Below are positions 25,343-34,221 of a stretch of DNA of 64,000 nucleotides, one piece after another. The DNA is from Dehalococcoidia bacterium. GTDB lineage: Bacteria > Chloroflexota > Dehalococcoidia > Lucifugimonadales > UBA3495. Under the pieces are notes generated by a model. It saw nothing but the letters and a program-made list of their open reading frames with translations, was not told the origin of the DNA and did not search any database. The stretch spans positions 1,221,306-1,285,305 of the forward strand of contig OZ220464.1 of assembly GCA_965115825.1 (NCBI GenBank). The letters are read 5' to 3'. Numbering within the stretch: the first letter of the stretch is position 1; every line of letters begins with the position of its first letter. Made by a program: the position numbers and the translations under genes.

Positions 25343-25682
25343 ATGGCTCCGGTGAACTTTACCGACCGCATTGGATACGACGCCGGGGCCACCCGTCCGG
25401 AGGAGGCGCTGGCCGGCGAGCATAGATTGCGGCGTCGGAGAGGATTGAGGGCTTCATAGAGGCCTCGGGGTCGGGCGCATTGGCGAGGTACGGCTGGCGG
25501 ACAACAATGGGTATGTGGAGGTTCATCTGCCGCCGGGCCAGGGCAACATAGACCTTGCGGGTGGGTTCCGCCGGCCGGAGTCGGCGGGGTATGACGGCTA
25601 TTACACGATGGCGTTCGGTTCGCCGGGGGACGAGCTGGCGCGCGGGGGCTGTTTCGGGGGTACGGCGTCCCGGGGTATCTAG
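25343..25682 (+). pseudogene. decayed remnant of a xylose-isomerase-like TIM-barrel (sugar phosphate isomerase/epimerase) gene
   Basis: A short N-terminal frame (MAPVNFTDRIGYDAGATRPEEALAGEH, then stop) is followed by a start-less frame 25449-25682 reading RIGEVRLADNNGYVEVHLPPGQGNIDLAGGF...GYDGYYTMAF. That resembles the C-terminal H-x-D/GxG-x-ID block of the family. The central part of the gene is missing. Confidence 0.35.
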
Positions 25683-26605
25683 GGTTGGCCGCCAATGTGG
25701 GGTTTCAGGATGGCGTAAATCACGTCGTTGATAGGGGTAGGAACGCCGGCGGACTGCCCGGCGCGGACTACTGCGCCGTTGAGGGCTTCGAGTTCCAGGG
25801 GGCGGCCGGCCATGAGGTCGGAGTGCATGGACGCTCGCATGGCGCCTTTGGCCTGGTCCATGTAGTCAAAGGTGTGGGGGACTATATCGGGCGCGAGGCG
25901 TACATCTGAGGCGCGGGCGACGGTGGCGATTTCTTCCAGGCAGGCTTGGACGATTTTGCGCCATTCGGGTTGGGGCAGCAAATCGCGCAGGAAGGATCGA
26001 GCGAGGGAGGTTACGCCGGCCATGGTGGCGATGAAAATGAATTTGGTCCAGAGGGCGGCTGCGATGTCGTCGGCGGCGTCGGCAGCTACCTGGGCTTTCC
26101 GGAAGGCGGCGCAAATATCGGCGGCGCGGGCGGCGTGTTCGGGCGGGCTGTTTGGCAGGGGGCCGGCAACAATGCGGACGACGCGGCCGGCCTGCTGCAC
26201 TACGCCGGGCTCCGGACGGTTGGCCTCGATGTAGGCTGCGCCGGGCAGCATGATGGCGTGGGGGAATCGGGCGATGACGGGGAGATAGGAGTCGATGCCG
26301 TTCTGGAGGCTCAACACGGCGGTATTGGCGCCGATGAGGGGAGCCATGGCAGGCACGGCGTCAACGTTATGGTAAGTTTTGGTGGTGAGGAGGGCCAGGT
26401 CAACCGGGCCGACGTCGGACGGGCGGTCGGTGGCGGAGCAGGAGACGGTGAAGCGCCCGGCTTCGGTTTGCATCCGGAGGCCGTGGCGGCGGATGGCGGC
26501 GAGGTTATCGCCGCGGGCGATGAGGGTAACGTGGTGGCCGGCGCGGGCCAGCATACCGCCGAAGTAGCCGCCCATGCTACCGGCGCCCATAACTGCAACT
26601 TTCAT
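25679..26605 (-). CDS. panE: 2-dehydropantoate 2-reductase
   Basis: 308 aa with MKVAVMGAGSMGGYFGG Rossmann start and ApbA/PanE-like C-terminal domain. Confidence 0.8.
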   Translation of the reverse strand: MKVAVMGAGSMGGYFGGMLARAGHHVTLIARGDNLAAIRRHGLRMQTEAGRFTVSCSATDRPSDVGPVDLALLTTKTYHNVDAVPAMAPLIGANTAVLSLQNGIDSYLPVIARFPHAIMLPGAAYIEANRPEPGVVQQAGRVVRIVAGPLPNSPPEHAARAADICAAFRKAQVAADAADDIAAALWTKFIFIATMAGVTSLARSFLRDLLPQPEWRKIVQACLEEIATVARASDVRLAPDIVPHTFDYMDQAKGAMRASMHSDLMAGRPLELEALNGAVVRAGQSAGVPTPINDVIYAILKPHIGGQP

Positions 26606-26716
26606 CGGTTAGATCCTGTGGTGGGTTTCCGCTGGCGCGGGGATGTCGGCTTTCGCCGGAATGACGGGAGGGATAGGGGATAGCGGTGGCGGCGTGAGGG
26701 TGATGGCGCGAGGCGT

Positions 26717-27592
26717 CTATAAGGCGGCGGCGAGTTCTTGAATCAAGGCGGCGGCGGCGGCTTTGGTGTCGTCGCGGCGCAGGGCGTACTCGAGGGAGGC
26801 GCGCAGGAGTCCCATGGGGCTGCCGCCGTCGTAGCGCGTACCGAGGAATTCGCAGGCGTACAGGGGGGTATCGCGCATGAGGAGGGCGAGTCCGTCGGTG
26901 AGCTGGATTTCGCCGCCGGCGCCGGGAGGGGTGCGCTCCAGGCAATCAAAGAGGGCGGGCGGGAGCAGATAGCGGCCTACGATGGAGAGGTTGGAGGGGG
27001 CGGTTCCCGGCGGCGGCTTTTCGACGAGCCGACGCACTCGATGGCCGCCGCCGCCCAAGGGTTCAGCGTCGACGATGCCGTAGTTATGGGCCAGCTCCCA
27101 GGGGACGCGCTCCACGGCTATGGCGGCGGCGCCGTCTTGGGCGTCGGCCATGCCGGCCATCATCTGGGAAAGGACGCCGGGAGTGTGGGCGATAATGTCG
27201 TCGGGGAGGATGACAGCGAAGGGGTCGCTGCCGACAGCGTGGCGGGCGGTAAGCACGGCGTGGCCGAGGCCGAGGGGTTGTTCCTGGATCACGAAGGAGA
27301 CGTTGGCGAGGCGCGCGCCGGAACGCGCTTTTTCCAGCAGCGTGGCGTCGTCGGCAAGCCGGGCTTCCAAGTACGGGCGGGGTTGGAAATAGTCGGCGAT
27401 GCTCTCTTTGCCGGGGGAGGTGATGATGATGACGTCGGTGATGCCGGCCTCGGCAGCTTCGGCGACCACGTATTGCAGCATGGGCCGGTCGAGGATGGGG
27501 AGCAGCTCTTTGGGGACGGAGCGGGTCACCGGGAGGAAGCGGGTGCCCAATCCGGCGGCGGGGATTACTGCTTTGCGGATTGGCGTAGGCAT
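26717..27592 (-). CDS. galU: UTP--glucose-1-phosphate uridylyltransferase
   Basis: Internal ATG at 27592 gives MPTPIRKAVIPAAGLGTRFLPVTRSVPKELLPI, followed by VEKP and IQLTD motifs. Confidence 0.9.
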   Translation of the reverse strand: MPTPIRKAVIPAAGLGTRFLPVTRSVPKELLPILDRPMLQYVVAEAAEAGITDVIIITSPGKESIADYFQPRPYLEARLADDATLLEKARSGARLANVSFVIQEQPLGLGHAVLTARHAVGSDPFAVILPDDIIAHTPGVLSQMMAGMADAQDGAAAIAVERVPWELAHNYGIVDAEPLGGGGHRVRRLVEKPPPGTAPSNLSIVGRYLLPPALFDCLERTPPGAGGEIQLTDGLALLMRDTPLYACEFLGTRYDGGSPMGLLRASLEYALRRDDTKAAAAALIQELAAAL

Positions 27593-27706
27593 GGCAGGGA
27601 TGATAGCACGCAGGCAGTGGGGGATGCTGGCGAGGCGGCGGGGGTTCAGGTGTCCACCTGGGGCAGTAGGCAAAGTGTTACGGGCGCAGAGTATGCAGTT
27701 ATGGGT

Positions 27707-28621
27707 TCAGCTATCCAGCTGGGGCAGTACGTCCTGCACCAAGAGGTCCATGGAGTCGAGCAGGTTTTGGAGGCTGCCGCTGCCATTGAAGTTGAACTGG
27801 AACTCGTCCAGGCCGGCTTCGTGGCGATAGCGTTTCAGGTCGGATGCCACCTGGGCGACGCTGCCCTGCCCGGTGGGACGCTGGCCGCTCCGGTGCGCGC
27901 TGCCGGTGATGTGGCTGAAGTTGACGCGGAAGCTCATGCGGGTGCGGGGCGGTTCGGCGCGTCCAATTTCGGCGCAGTACTGCCGGAGATGGGCCTGATT
28001 GTCCAGCAGGTCGGCGAGCGGGGTTGGCGTGGGCTGCCACACTGTGGCGAAGCGGGCGGCGCGACGCAAGGAGGGTTGGCCGGAGCCGCCAATCCACAGG
28101 GGCGGATGGGGCTGCTGGACGGGCTTGGGGTTGACGTGCATATTGTCAAAAGAGAAGAACCGGCCGTGGAAGGCAGTGGGGCCAGGCCGCCAACAAGCCT
28201 GCCAGAGGCGGAGGTATTCGTCGGTGCGGGCGCCGCGCTGGCGATAGGGTACGCCGAGGGCGTCGTATTCCGGTTGGCTCCAGCCGGCGCCGACGCCGGC
28301 GATGGCGCGTCCGCCCGACATTTGGTCGAGGGTGGCTATCATTTTGGCGGTTACGATGGGGTTGCGATAGGGCATGATGAGAACCGAGGTTCCCAGGGCG
28401 ATCTGTGAAGTGAGGGCGGCGACGTAGGAAAGAACCATGAGCGGGTCGTACACGTTGCGCCAAGGGAGACTGCGGGGGCTGTCGTCGACGATTACATGGT
28501 CGTTGACGAAGAGGGCGTCGCCGCCGAGGGCCTCGGCTTTGAGGGCGGTTTCGGTAATGGCGCGCGGCGTGGCGGGGAAGCCGAGGTAATCGGCGTTGGG
28601 AAGACGGAAGGAGTATTGCAC
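27707..28621 (-). CDS. LLM-class (luciferase-like, probably F420-dependent) oxidoreductase
   Basis: 304 aa with the typical LLM TIM-barrel pattern (FVNDHV, GTSVLIMPYRNP, LDQMSGGR). Confidence 0.8.
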   Translation of the reverse strand: MQYSFRLPNADYLGFPATPRAITETALKAEALGGDALFVNDHVIVDDSPRSLPWRNVYDPLMVLSYVAALTSQIALGTSVLIMPYRNPIVTAKMIATLDQMSGGRAIAGVGAGWSQPEYDALGVPYRQRGARTDEYLRLWQACWRPGPTAFHGRFFSFDNMHVNPKPVQQPHPPLWIGGSGQPSLRRAARFATVWQPTPTPLADLLDNQAHLRQYCAEIGRAEPPRTRMSFRVNFSHITGSAHRSGQRPTGQGSVAQVASDLKRYRHEAGLDEFQFNFNGSGSLQNLLDSMDLLVQDVLPQLDS

Positions 28622-28761
28622 GATACCACCTCTGCCGGCGGAAGTCGGGGCCGTGAACGTCGGGCGTGGGCAAGGTTAGGGGCAGGCGGCAGCAATGTCA
28701 ACATCTGCTACACTGGGCGCGGAGCGTGGGCTTCTCGGAGCATTGTTCGGCGAGGGTTATT

Positions 28762-29454
28762 TTGCGGCTGCCAGCGCTGGTTGAGGGACGGTTTATCAAA
28801 CGGCTGAATCGGTTTGCCGCGCTGGTGGACGTTGACCGACGGGAGTATTTGGCGCACGTGCCGAACTCGGGGCGGATGGGGGAGCTGCTGGTTCCGGGCT
28901 GCCGGGCGCTGCTGGCGCCCGTGCCGGCGGGAGCGGCGCGCAAGACGGCCTATGACCTGGCTCTGGTGGACATTGGCGGCGGCGCGCTATGCTCCGTTGA
29001 CGCCCGCCTGCCGAACAAGCTGATGGCGGAGGCGATGGCCGAGGGTAGGCTGCCGCCATTCGCCGCCTATCCCGAGGCGCATCCGGAGCAGGCGTTCGGC
29101 GAGAGCCGGCTGGATTTTCTGCTGACCGGGCCGGAGGGTTCCTGCTACGTGGAAACTAAGTCGGTTACGCTGGTGGAGGACGGCGTGGGGCTGTTTCCCG
29201 ACGCGCCGACGCTGCGCGGGGTGAAGCATCTGCACAGCCTGATGGAGGCGGTGGAGGCCGGGCATCGGGCAGCGGTGGTTTTTGTGATACAGCGCGGCGA
29301 CGTCGGGGCTTTTACGCCTCACTATGCGGCTGACCCACTGCTGGGGGCGACGCTGCGACGGGCGGCGGAGGCCGGCGTGTCGGTTTATGCGTATCGGTGC
29401 GCGGTTGATGAGGGGAGCGTGAGTCTGGGCGATATGGTTGGGGTGCGGTGGTGA
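28762..29454 (+). CDS. sfsA: sugar fermentation stimulation protein SfsA (nuclease-like DNA-binding)
   Basis: Carries GRFIKRLNRFAALV near the N-terminus and a YVETKSV...GVKHL core. The start is uncertain: I chose TTG 28762, while the track ORF begins at 28666. Confidence 0.75.
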   Translation: MRLPALVEGRFIKRLNRFAALVDVDRREYLAHVPNSGRMGELLVPGCRALLAPVPAGAARKTAYDLALVDIGGGALCSVDARLPNKLMAEAMAEGRLPPFAAYPEAHPEQAFGESRLDFLLTGPEGSCYVETKSVTLVEDGVGLFPDAPTLRGVKHLHSLMEAVEAGHRAAVVFVIQRGDVGAFTPHYAADPLLGATLRRAAEAGVSVYAYRCAVDEGSVSLGDMVGVRW

Positions 29455-29475
29455 CCGGGCTGGCATATGGACATC

Positions 29476-29484
29476 TGTTATAAT
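29476..29484 (+). promoter_or_regulatory. extended -10 promoter element upstream of the MTase-HNH cluster
   Basis: TGTTATAAT, 93 nt before the ATG at 29577. Confidence 0.35.
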
Positions 29485-29576
29485 CCGGTGGGGAACGTCC
29501 GATTTGCAGGGCAGCGCGATACAATCAGCCCCGGCCGTCGGGCCGGATACTTGGTAGCGGGAGACTAGACTGCATT

Positions 29577-30947
29577 ATGGCCGAGCGCAACTTTGAAAAT
29601 CGGACGCTGTACCACGGGGAGAACCTGGATTTCCTGCGCGGTATGAACAGCGAAACCGTGAACCTGATTGCTACCGACCCGCCGTTCAACAAGAACCGGG
29701 ATTTTCACGCCACGCCGGACAGCCTGGCCACCGGCGCCGCCTTCCATGACCGCTGGCGCTGGGATGAGGACATTCACGATGAATGGATGATTGCCATACA
29801 GCGCGATGAGCCGGAGGTCTGGCAGGTCATTACTACCGCCAAGACGGTGTGGGGCGACGATATGGGCGCGTTCCTATGCTATTTGGCTGTACGGCTGTTG
29901 GAGATGCACCGTATCCTGACCGACGATGGCAGCCTGTACCTGCACATAGACCACACGGCCCACGCCTGGGCGAAATGTTTGCTGGACGCCATCTTTGGCC
30001 GGCGCAACTTCCGCAACGAAATCGTCTGGTGCTACACAGGTCCCGGGTCTCCAGGAATGCGTCAGTTCAACCGCAAGCACGATACTTTGCTATGGTATGC
30101 GAAAAGCGACAAGTGGACGTTCAACGGGGACAACGTGCGTATCCCGCATAGAAAATTAAACACAAACCGCGCTGGTCGTGTTATTGCAGATGCTATGACC
30201 CCAGAATTGAGAGAAAAGTACTTGGAGCGTGGGAAAATCCCAGAAACTTGGTGGCCGGACTTTACTCCGCCTGGCAGATTAAAGAGAGAGCGCACGGGCT
30301 ACCCTACCCAAAAGCCACTTGCTCTCTACGAGCGCATCATTAAGGCCAGCAGCAACTCCAGCGATATGGTGCTGGATCCATTTTGCGGCTGCGCCACTAC
30401 GCCAATCGCCGCCGAGCGTCTGGGTCGGCAGTGGGTGGGTATGGACATTTGGGACGGCGCGATAGGCCAAGTACTGGCCCGGTTGGAGAACGAAGGGCTG
30501 TTGCAGTCGGGGCGCCGGCGGCGGGGGCAGCAGCGGTTGGCAACCGCCGATGTCCACTATGAAACTACCCCACCCAAACGCACTGACGACGGCGAACCCG
30601 CCACCCTCGCATTGCGGACGCCCACCGGCCGAGCGCGCTATCCTGCGCCCCGGACGCATCACGGGCGATTGCTGGCCGACATTGGGCCGTTCTGCCAGGG
30701 TTGCGGCGCGGACTACGGCTTTGACACGCGGGTGCTGGAAGTTGACCACATCAACCCGCGTTCCCAGGGTGGCACGGACGCCTACGAAAACCTGACGCTG
30801 CTATGCCCGCCGTGCAACAAGGGGAAGCGCGACCGCTACACGCTGATAGGTTTGCAGCAGGAAAACCGGAAAGACGGGCATATGAAGAACGAAAACAACT
30901 TGCGGATGGGTCGGGCGCGCGGGCGCACTACCCGGCGGCGGCGATAG
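29577..30947 (+). CDS. beta-class DNA amino-methyltransferase fused to a C-terminal HNH endonuclease domain
   Basis: 456 aa. DPPFN (motif IV) then DPFCGCATT (motif I). The C-terminus reads CQGCG...EVDHINPRSQGG...NLTLLCPPCNKGKRD, an intact HNH with two CxxC pairs. Confidence 0.85.
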   Translation: MAERNFENRTLYHGENLDFLRGMNSETVNLIATDPPFNKNRDFHATPDSLATGAAFHDRWRWDEDIHDEWMIAIQRDEPEVWQVITTAKTVWGDDMGAFLCYLAVRLLEMHRILTDDGSLYLHIDHTAHAWAKCLLDAIFGRRNFRNEIVWCYTGPGSPGMRQFNRKHDTLLWYAKSDKWTFNGDNVRIPHRKLNTNRAGRVIADAMTPELREKYLERGKIPETWWPDFTPPGRLKRERTGYPTQKPLALYERIIKASSNSSDMVLDPFCGCATTPIAAERLGRQWVGMDIWDGAIGQVLARLENEGLLQSGRRRRGQQRLATADVHYETTPPKRTDDGEPATLALRTPTGRARYPAPRTHHGRLLADIGPFCQGCGADYGFDTRVLEVDHINPRSQGGTDAYENLTLLCPPCNKGKRDRYTLIGLQQENRKDGHMKNENNLRMGRARGRTTRRRR

Positions 30948-30962
30948 AGTGGGAGGTGCAAG

Positions 30963-31583
30963 ATGAATTTGACGCTCGACGACGTTGTGAATGCGGAACA
31001 CTGGGCAACGGCTATGTATCAGCCGGAGGAAGGCGAGATACGAAATACATGCATAGCTTTTTTGGAAGGTTGCGGCGTACAAGATGCGGCGACGGCAGTG
31101 ATAACGCCGTTCGAGAGCCCGTGGGCTTGGGTGGCAACACAACAAGGAAACAAGAGGTTCTTGACTGCGTTCGAGATGCAGTCAATGGGAATGCCGGAGC
31201 CGACGGTAACGGTGTGGGACTATCTGGGGCTGGTGGAAGGTGTCTCGCTGATAGAGCCTTTGAACGAATGTTCTTTGTGGACGAGCATACACGTCAACCT
31301 ATTGGAAATAAAGGGCGCGTTCTGCCACGGCTGTGGGACAGATTACCGTTTTGACGAACGGGTGCTGGAAGTTGAGCCAATCAAACCGCGTTCACAAGTT
31401 GGCCCAGATGACTTCTACGAAAGCCTGGAGGTACTCTATGAAGCACTGACGCTACTGTGTCCGCCGTGCAACAGGGTAAAGCGACACCGCGACATCTCGC
31501 TGGCAGAGTTGCAAGAAGCAAACCGGGCTGACGTAGCTTCGCTGAGGGGCAATGGCTATGCCCCAACAGGACGGTGGCAATGA
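30963..31583 (+). CDS. hypothetical protein with a degenerate (DH to EP) HNH-like zinc module, paralogous to the C-terminus of the upstream fusion
   Basis: 206 aa with GGGAGG 7 nt upstream. CHGCG...EVEPIKPRSQVG...ALTLLCPPCNRVKRHRD. A 17-nt stretch is identical to the upstream gene (31359-31375 vs 30729-30745). Confidence 0.6.
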   Translation: MNLTLDDVVNAEHWATAMYQPEEGEIRNTCIAFLEGCGVQDAATAVITPFESPWAWVATQQGNKRFLTAFEMQSMGMPEPTVTVWDYLGLVEGVSLIEPLNECSLWTSIHVNLLEIKGAFCHGCGTDYRFDERVLEVEPIKPRSQVGPDDFYESLEVLYEALTLLCPPCNRVKRHRDISLAELQEANRADVASLRGNGYAPTGRWQ

Positions 31584-32287
31584 TCGGGAGCGGCAACCTG
31601 CTGATGGAGATATACCGGCGTTTGCTGGCGGCTTATGGGCCGCAGGGGTGGTGGCCGGGGGATGGGCGCTTTGAGATGATTGCCGGGGCTATTTTGACGC
31701 AGGCGGCGGCGTGGCGCAACGTGGAGCTGGCGCTGGCGAATCTGCGGGCGGCAGGCATCGGCGACTGGGCGGCGGTGCATAGCATTGATGTTGACGCCCT
31801 GGGGGAATTGGTGCGTCCATCGGGGTATTACAACGCCAAGGCGCGGAAGCTGAAGGCCTTTGCGGCTCACGTGTGCGATAAGTACGGCGGCTGTCCGGAT
31901 GCGATGTTTGCCGGGGAAACGGGGGAGCTCCGGCGGGAGCTGCTGTCAATTTACGGCATCGGGCCGGAGACGGCGGACGATATTCTGGTGTACGCCATTC
32001 TGGTGTACGCCGCCGGGAAGGCTTCCTTCGTGATTGACGCCTATACCATCCGCATTATGACGCGGGTGGGGCTGACGCCGGCGGGTCGGATGGATTACGC
32101 CGGCTGGCAGGATATGTTCCACGCGGGGCTGCCGGCGGATGTGTCGGTGTACAACGAGTACCACGCGCTGCTGGATCGGCATCACAAGGAGGCCTGCGCG
32201 AAAAACGCGCCGCGCTGCAACGCCTGCTGTCTCCGGGATCTATGCGGACCGGGCGGGCGCGAACCGAGGGAGAATCGGGGGTTTTGA
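31580..32287 (+). CDS. EndoIII-related HhH-GPD DNA glycosylase-family protein with 4Fe-4S motif (COG2231-like)
   Basis: The ATG overlaps the upstream stop (ATGA). Carries YGPQGWWPG, ILTQAAAWRNV, IYGIGPETADDIL, FVIDAYTIRI and the C-terminal CAKNAPRCNACCLRDLC. Confidence 0.85.
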   Translation: MIGSGNLLMEIYRRLLAAYGPQGWWPGDGRFEMIAGAILTQAAAWRNVELALANLRAAGIGDWAAVHSIDVDALGELVRPSGYYNAKARKLKAFAAHVCDKYGGCPDAMFAGETGELRRELLSIYGIGPETADDILVYAILVYAAGKASFVIDAYTIRIMTRVGLTPAGRMDYAGWQDMFHAGLPADVSVYNEYHALLDRHHKEACAKNAPRCNACCLRDLCGPGGREPRENRGF

Positions 32288-32288
32288 C

Positions 32289-32891
32289 ATGACAACGCTC
32301 AAAGCGAAAAGCGGCATCCGCCTGTCCGTGGCCGAGTTTCTGGAGCTGGAGGACACGGACGACCGGCGCAAGATGGAACTGGATGACGGAGCGCTCTATG
32401 TCATGCCCAAACCTGGAATAGGCCATAATTTTGCTCAGTTACAGTTTGCGCGCTATCTTGCGGATTATCGGGACTACGCCGGCGGGCCGTCAATTCAGGC
32501 GCATACCGATGTGATAGTGGCGCTGTCGGTGGAGGCCGGTCGGCTGTACGCTCCCGATGTGAGCGTAATTCTGCCGGGCAGCGCCGGCGTGGTGGGCGAC
32601 CGTATGGTGGAGGAGGCGCCGGACATTGTGATTGAGATTTTGTCGTCGGACCGCAGCCGGGACCTGGTGCGTAAGCGGCAGGCGTATGCCGAGGCCGGCG
32701 TTCCGCACTACTGGATCTGCGACCTTCGGGGGGACACGGTTACGCTGCTGGATCTGCAAGGCGGGGCTTATGTGGAGCTTGCCAATCTGACCGCAGATGA
32801 CACGCTGGCTACGCCGCTGCTGCCCGGCTTCGCTATGCCTCTGGCCGATTTGTTCCGGCACCGGCACCGTCCGCCTTACGCCGGGGAGTGA
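32289..32891 (+). CDS. Uma2-family (DUF820) PD-(D/E)XK-like endonuclease
   Basis: The ATG lies 1 nt after the upstream stop. Carries PDVSVIL...PDIVIEILS...YAEAGVPHYWICD. Confidence 0.85.
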   Translation: MTTLKAKSGIRLSVAEFLELEDTDDRRKMELDDGALYVMPKPGIGHNFAQLQFARYLADYRDYAGGPSIQAHTDVIVALSVEAGRLYAPDVSVILPGSAGVVGDRMVEEAPDIVIEILSSDRSRDLVRKRQAYAEAGVPHYWICDLRGDTVTLLDLQGGAYVELANLTADDTLATPLLPGFAMPLADLFRHRHRPPYAGE

Positions 32892-32983
32892 GTTGGAGCA
32901 GGGCGCCAGCAGCGTCGGGGCGGTTAATGCGCGGCGTTGGTGTTATGATGGCGGCATTGCAATTGAACCGGAGGTTTTTGGTT

Positions 32984-33361
32984 ATGCAGGCAGTGAGGAT
33001 TTACACGGGAGAGGATGGGGAGTCTCACATTGAGGAGCTGGAGCTGCCCTTTGAGCAGGTTGGGCACGCGATGCGCACGGCGATGCAGCCGGCTACCGGA
33101 GTGCAGTTCAGCCGCCTGAAGCCGAGCCAGCTGGTGGACTTTCATACTGCGCCGCGTCGCCAGTACGTTATCACGCTGCAAGGGCAGGTGGAGATTGGCC
33201 TGGGCGACGGGAGCCGGCGCATTTTCAACGTGGGGGACATTGAGCTGTGCGAAGACCTGACGGGGCGCGGGCATACCACCCGCAGCGTCGGGGACGTTGA
33301 CCGGGTGAGCGTAGCCATTCCGCTGGCCGACCAGACGCCCGGCGGCGGGCTGGGAGTGTAG
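32984..33361 (+). CDS. cupin-domain protein
   Basis: Internal ATG preceded by GGAGG. About 125 aa with a beta-barrel pattern (FHTAPRRQYVITLQGQVEIGLGDG). Confidence 0.6.
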   Translation: MQAVRIYTGEDGESHIEELELPFEQVGHAMRTAMQPATGVQFSRLKPSQLVDFHTAPRRQYVITLQGQVEIGLGDGSRRIFNVGDIELCEDLTGRGHTTRSVGDVDRVSVAIPLADQTPGGGLGV

Positions 33362-33373
33362 AAGGAGGAAATC

Positions 33374-34195
33374 ATGCCTGTTGCCGCGCTTGCCGACAAC
33401 CTGGAAATGTACTACGACGATGACGACTTTACCGATCCGTGGCGCGACCCGGCGACGGTGGAGACGGTGGTTCTGCATCACGGGAACGCGAAGAACGCGC
33501 GGCTGTGGTATGCCTGGCCGCCGCTGCTGGCGCGGCAGTATCGGGTGATTCGCGTGGATGCGCGCGGGTTCGGACGCTCTACCGTGCCGGCGCCGGGTAT
33601 CTATGACTGGTCGCTGGAGGGTTTTGCCGGCGACCTGCGCAATCTGCTGGACTACTTGGGAGTGGACAAGGTTCACCTGATTGGCGAAACCATCGGCGGC
33701 ACCATTGCGCTGCAATTCGCTTATCAGTATCCGGAGCGGCTGCACACCGTAACGACCTGCACCTCACCGTACAACTTTACCGGCGTGGCAACCTATCAGG
33801 AGTACTATCGGCTGGTGGCGGAGGAGGGCGTGGAAGGATGGGCTCGGGCTACGGGCGGACGGCGGGTCAGCGCCGACGCGGCGCCGGAGCATCATGAGTG
33901 GTACATCCGGCAGATGGGGCAGACGGCCCGGCACGTGGTACTGGAAACGCTGGCGTATCTAGGAACGCAGAACCTGACCGACAAGCTACCGTCCATCCGG
34001 ACGCCGGCGCTGGCGATGGTGGGGGAGCTGAGCGAGGGAGACATACCGGAGCGGGCGCAGGGTCAGGCGGACCTGATGCCGAACTGTACGCTGGCGCGTA
34101 TCCCCGGCGCCGGGGGCTATGTTCAGCACTCGGCGCCGGAGCAATGCGTGTTGGCGTGGCAGGAATTCGTGGGGGCGGCGCATCAGGCCGGCTAG
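33374..34195 (+). CDS. alpha/beta-hydrolase-fold protein with atypical GETIG elbow
   Basis: 273 aa with HHGNAKNARLW and VDARGFGRS. The nucleophile elbow reads LIGETIGG (Thr where Ser is expected). Confidence 0.8.
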   Translation: MPVAALADNLEMYYDDDDFTDPWRDPATVETVVLHHGNAKNARLWYAWPPLLARQYRVIRVDARGFGRSTVPAPGIYDWSLEGFAGDLRNLLDYLGVDKVHLIGETIGGTIALQFAYQYPERLHTVTTCTSPYNFTGVATYQEYYRLVAEEGVEGWARATGGRRVSADAAPEHHEWYIRQMGQTARHVVLETLAYLGTQNLTDKLPSIRTPALAMVGELSEGDIPERAQGQADLMPNCTLARIPGAGGYVQHSAPEQCVLAWQEFVGAAHQAG

Positions 34196-34221
34196 AAGGG
34201 GCCTGGCCGGAAAGGGCGCGG

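Noticed and set aside
24649-25695. 348-aa minus-strand ORF
   Set aside because: It is antisense to the dienelactone-hydrolase-like gene and the pseudogene remnant, and is Pro/Arg-rich.
26738-28408. 556-aa plus-strand ORF
   Set aside because: It is antisense to galU and the LLM oxidoreductase, and is a Gly/Ala/Val/Glu-rich shadow frame.
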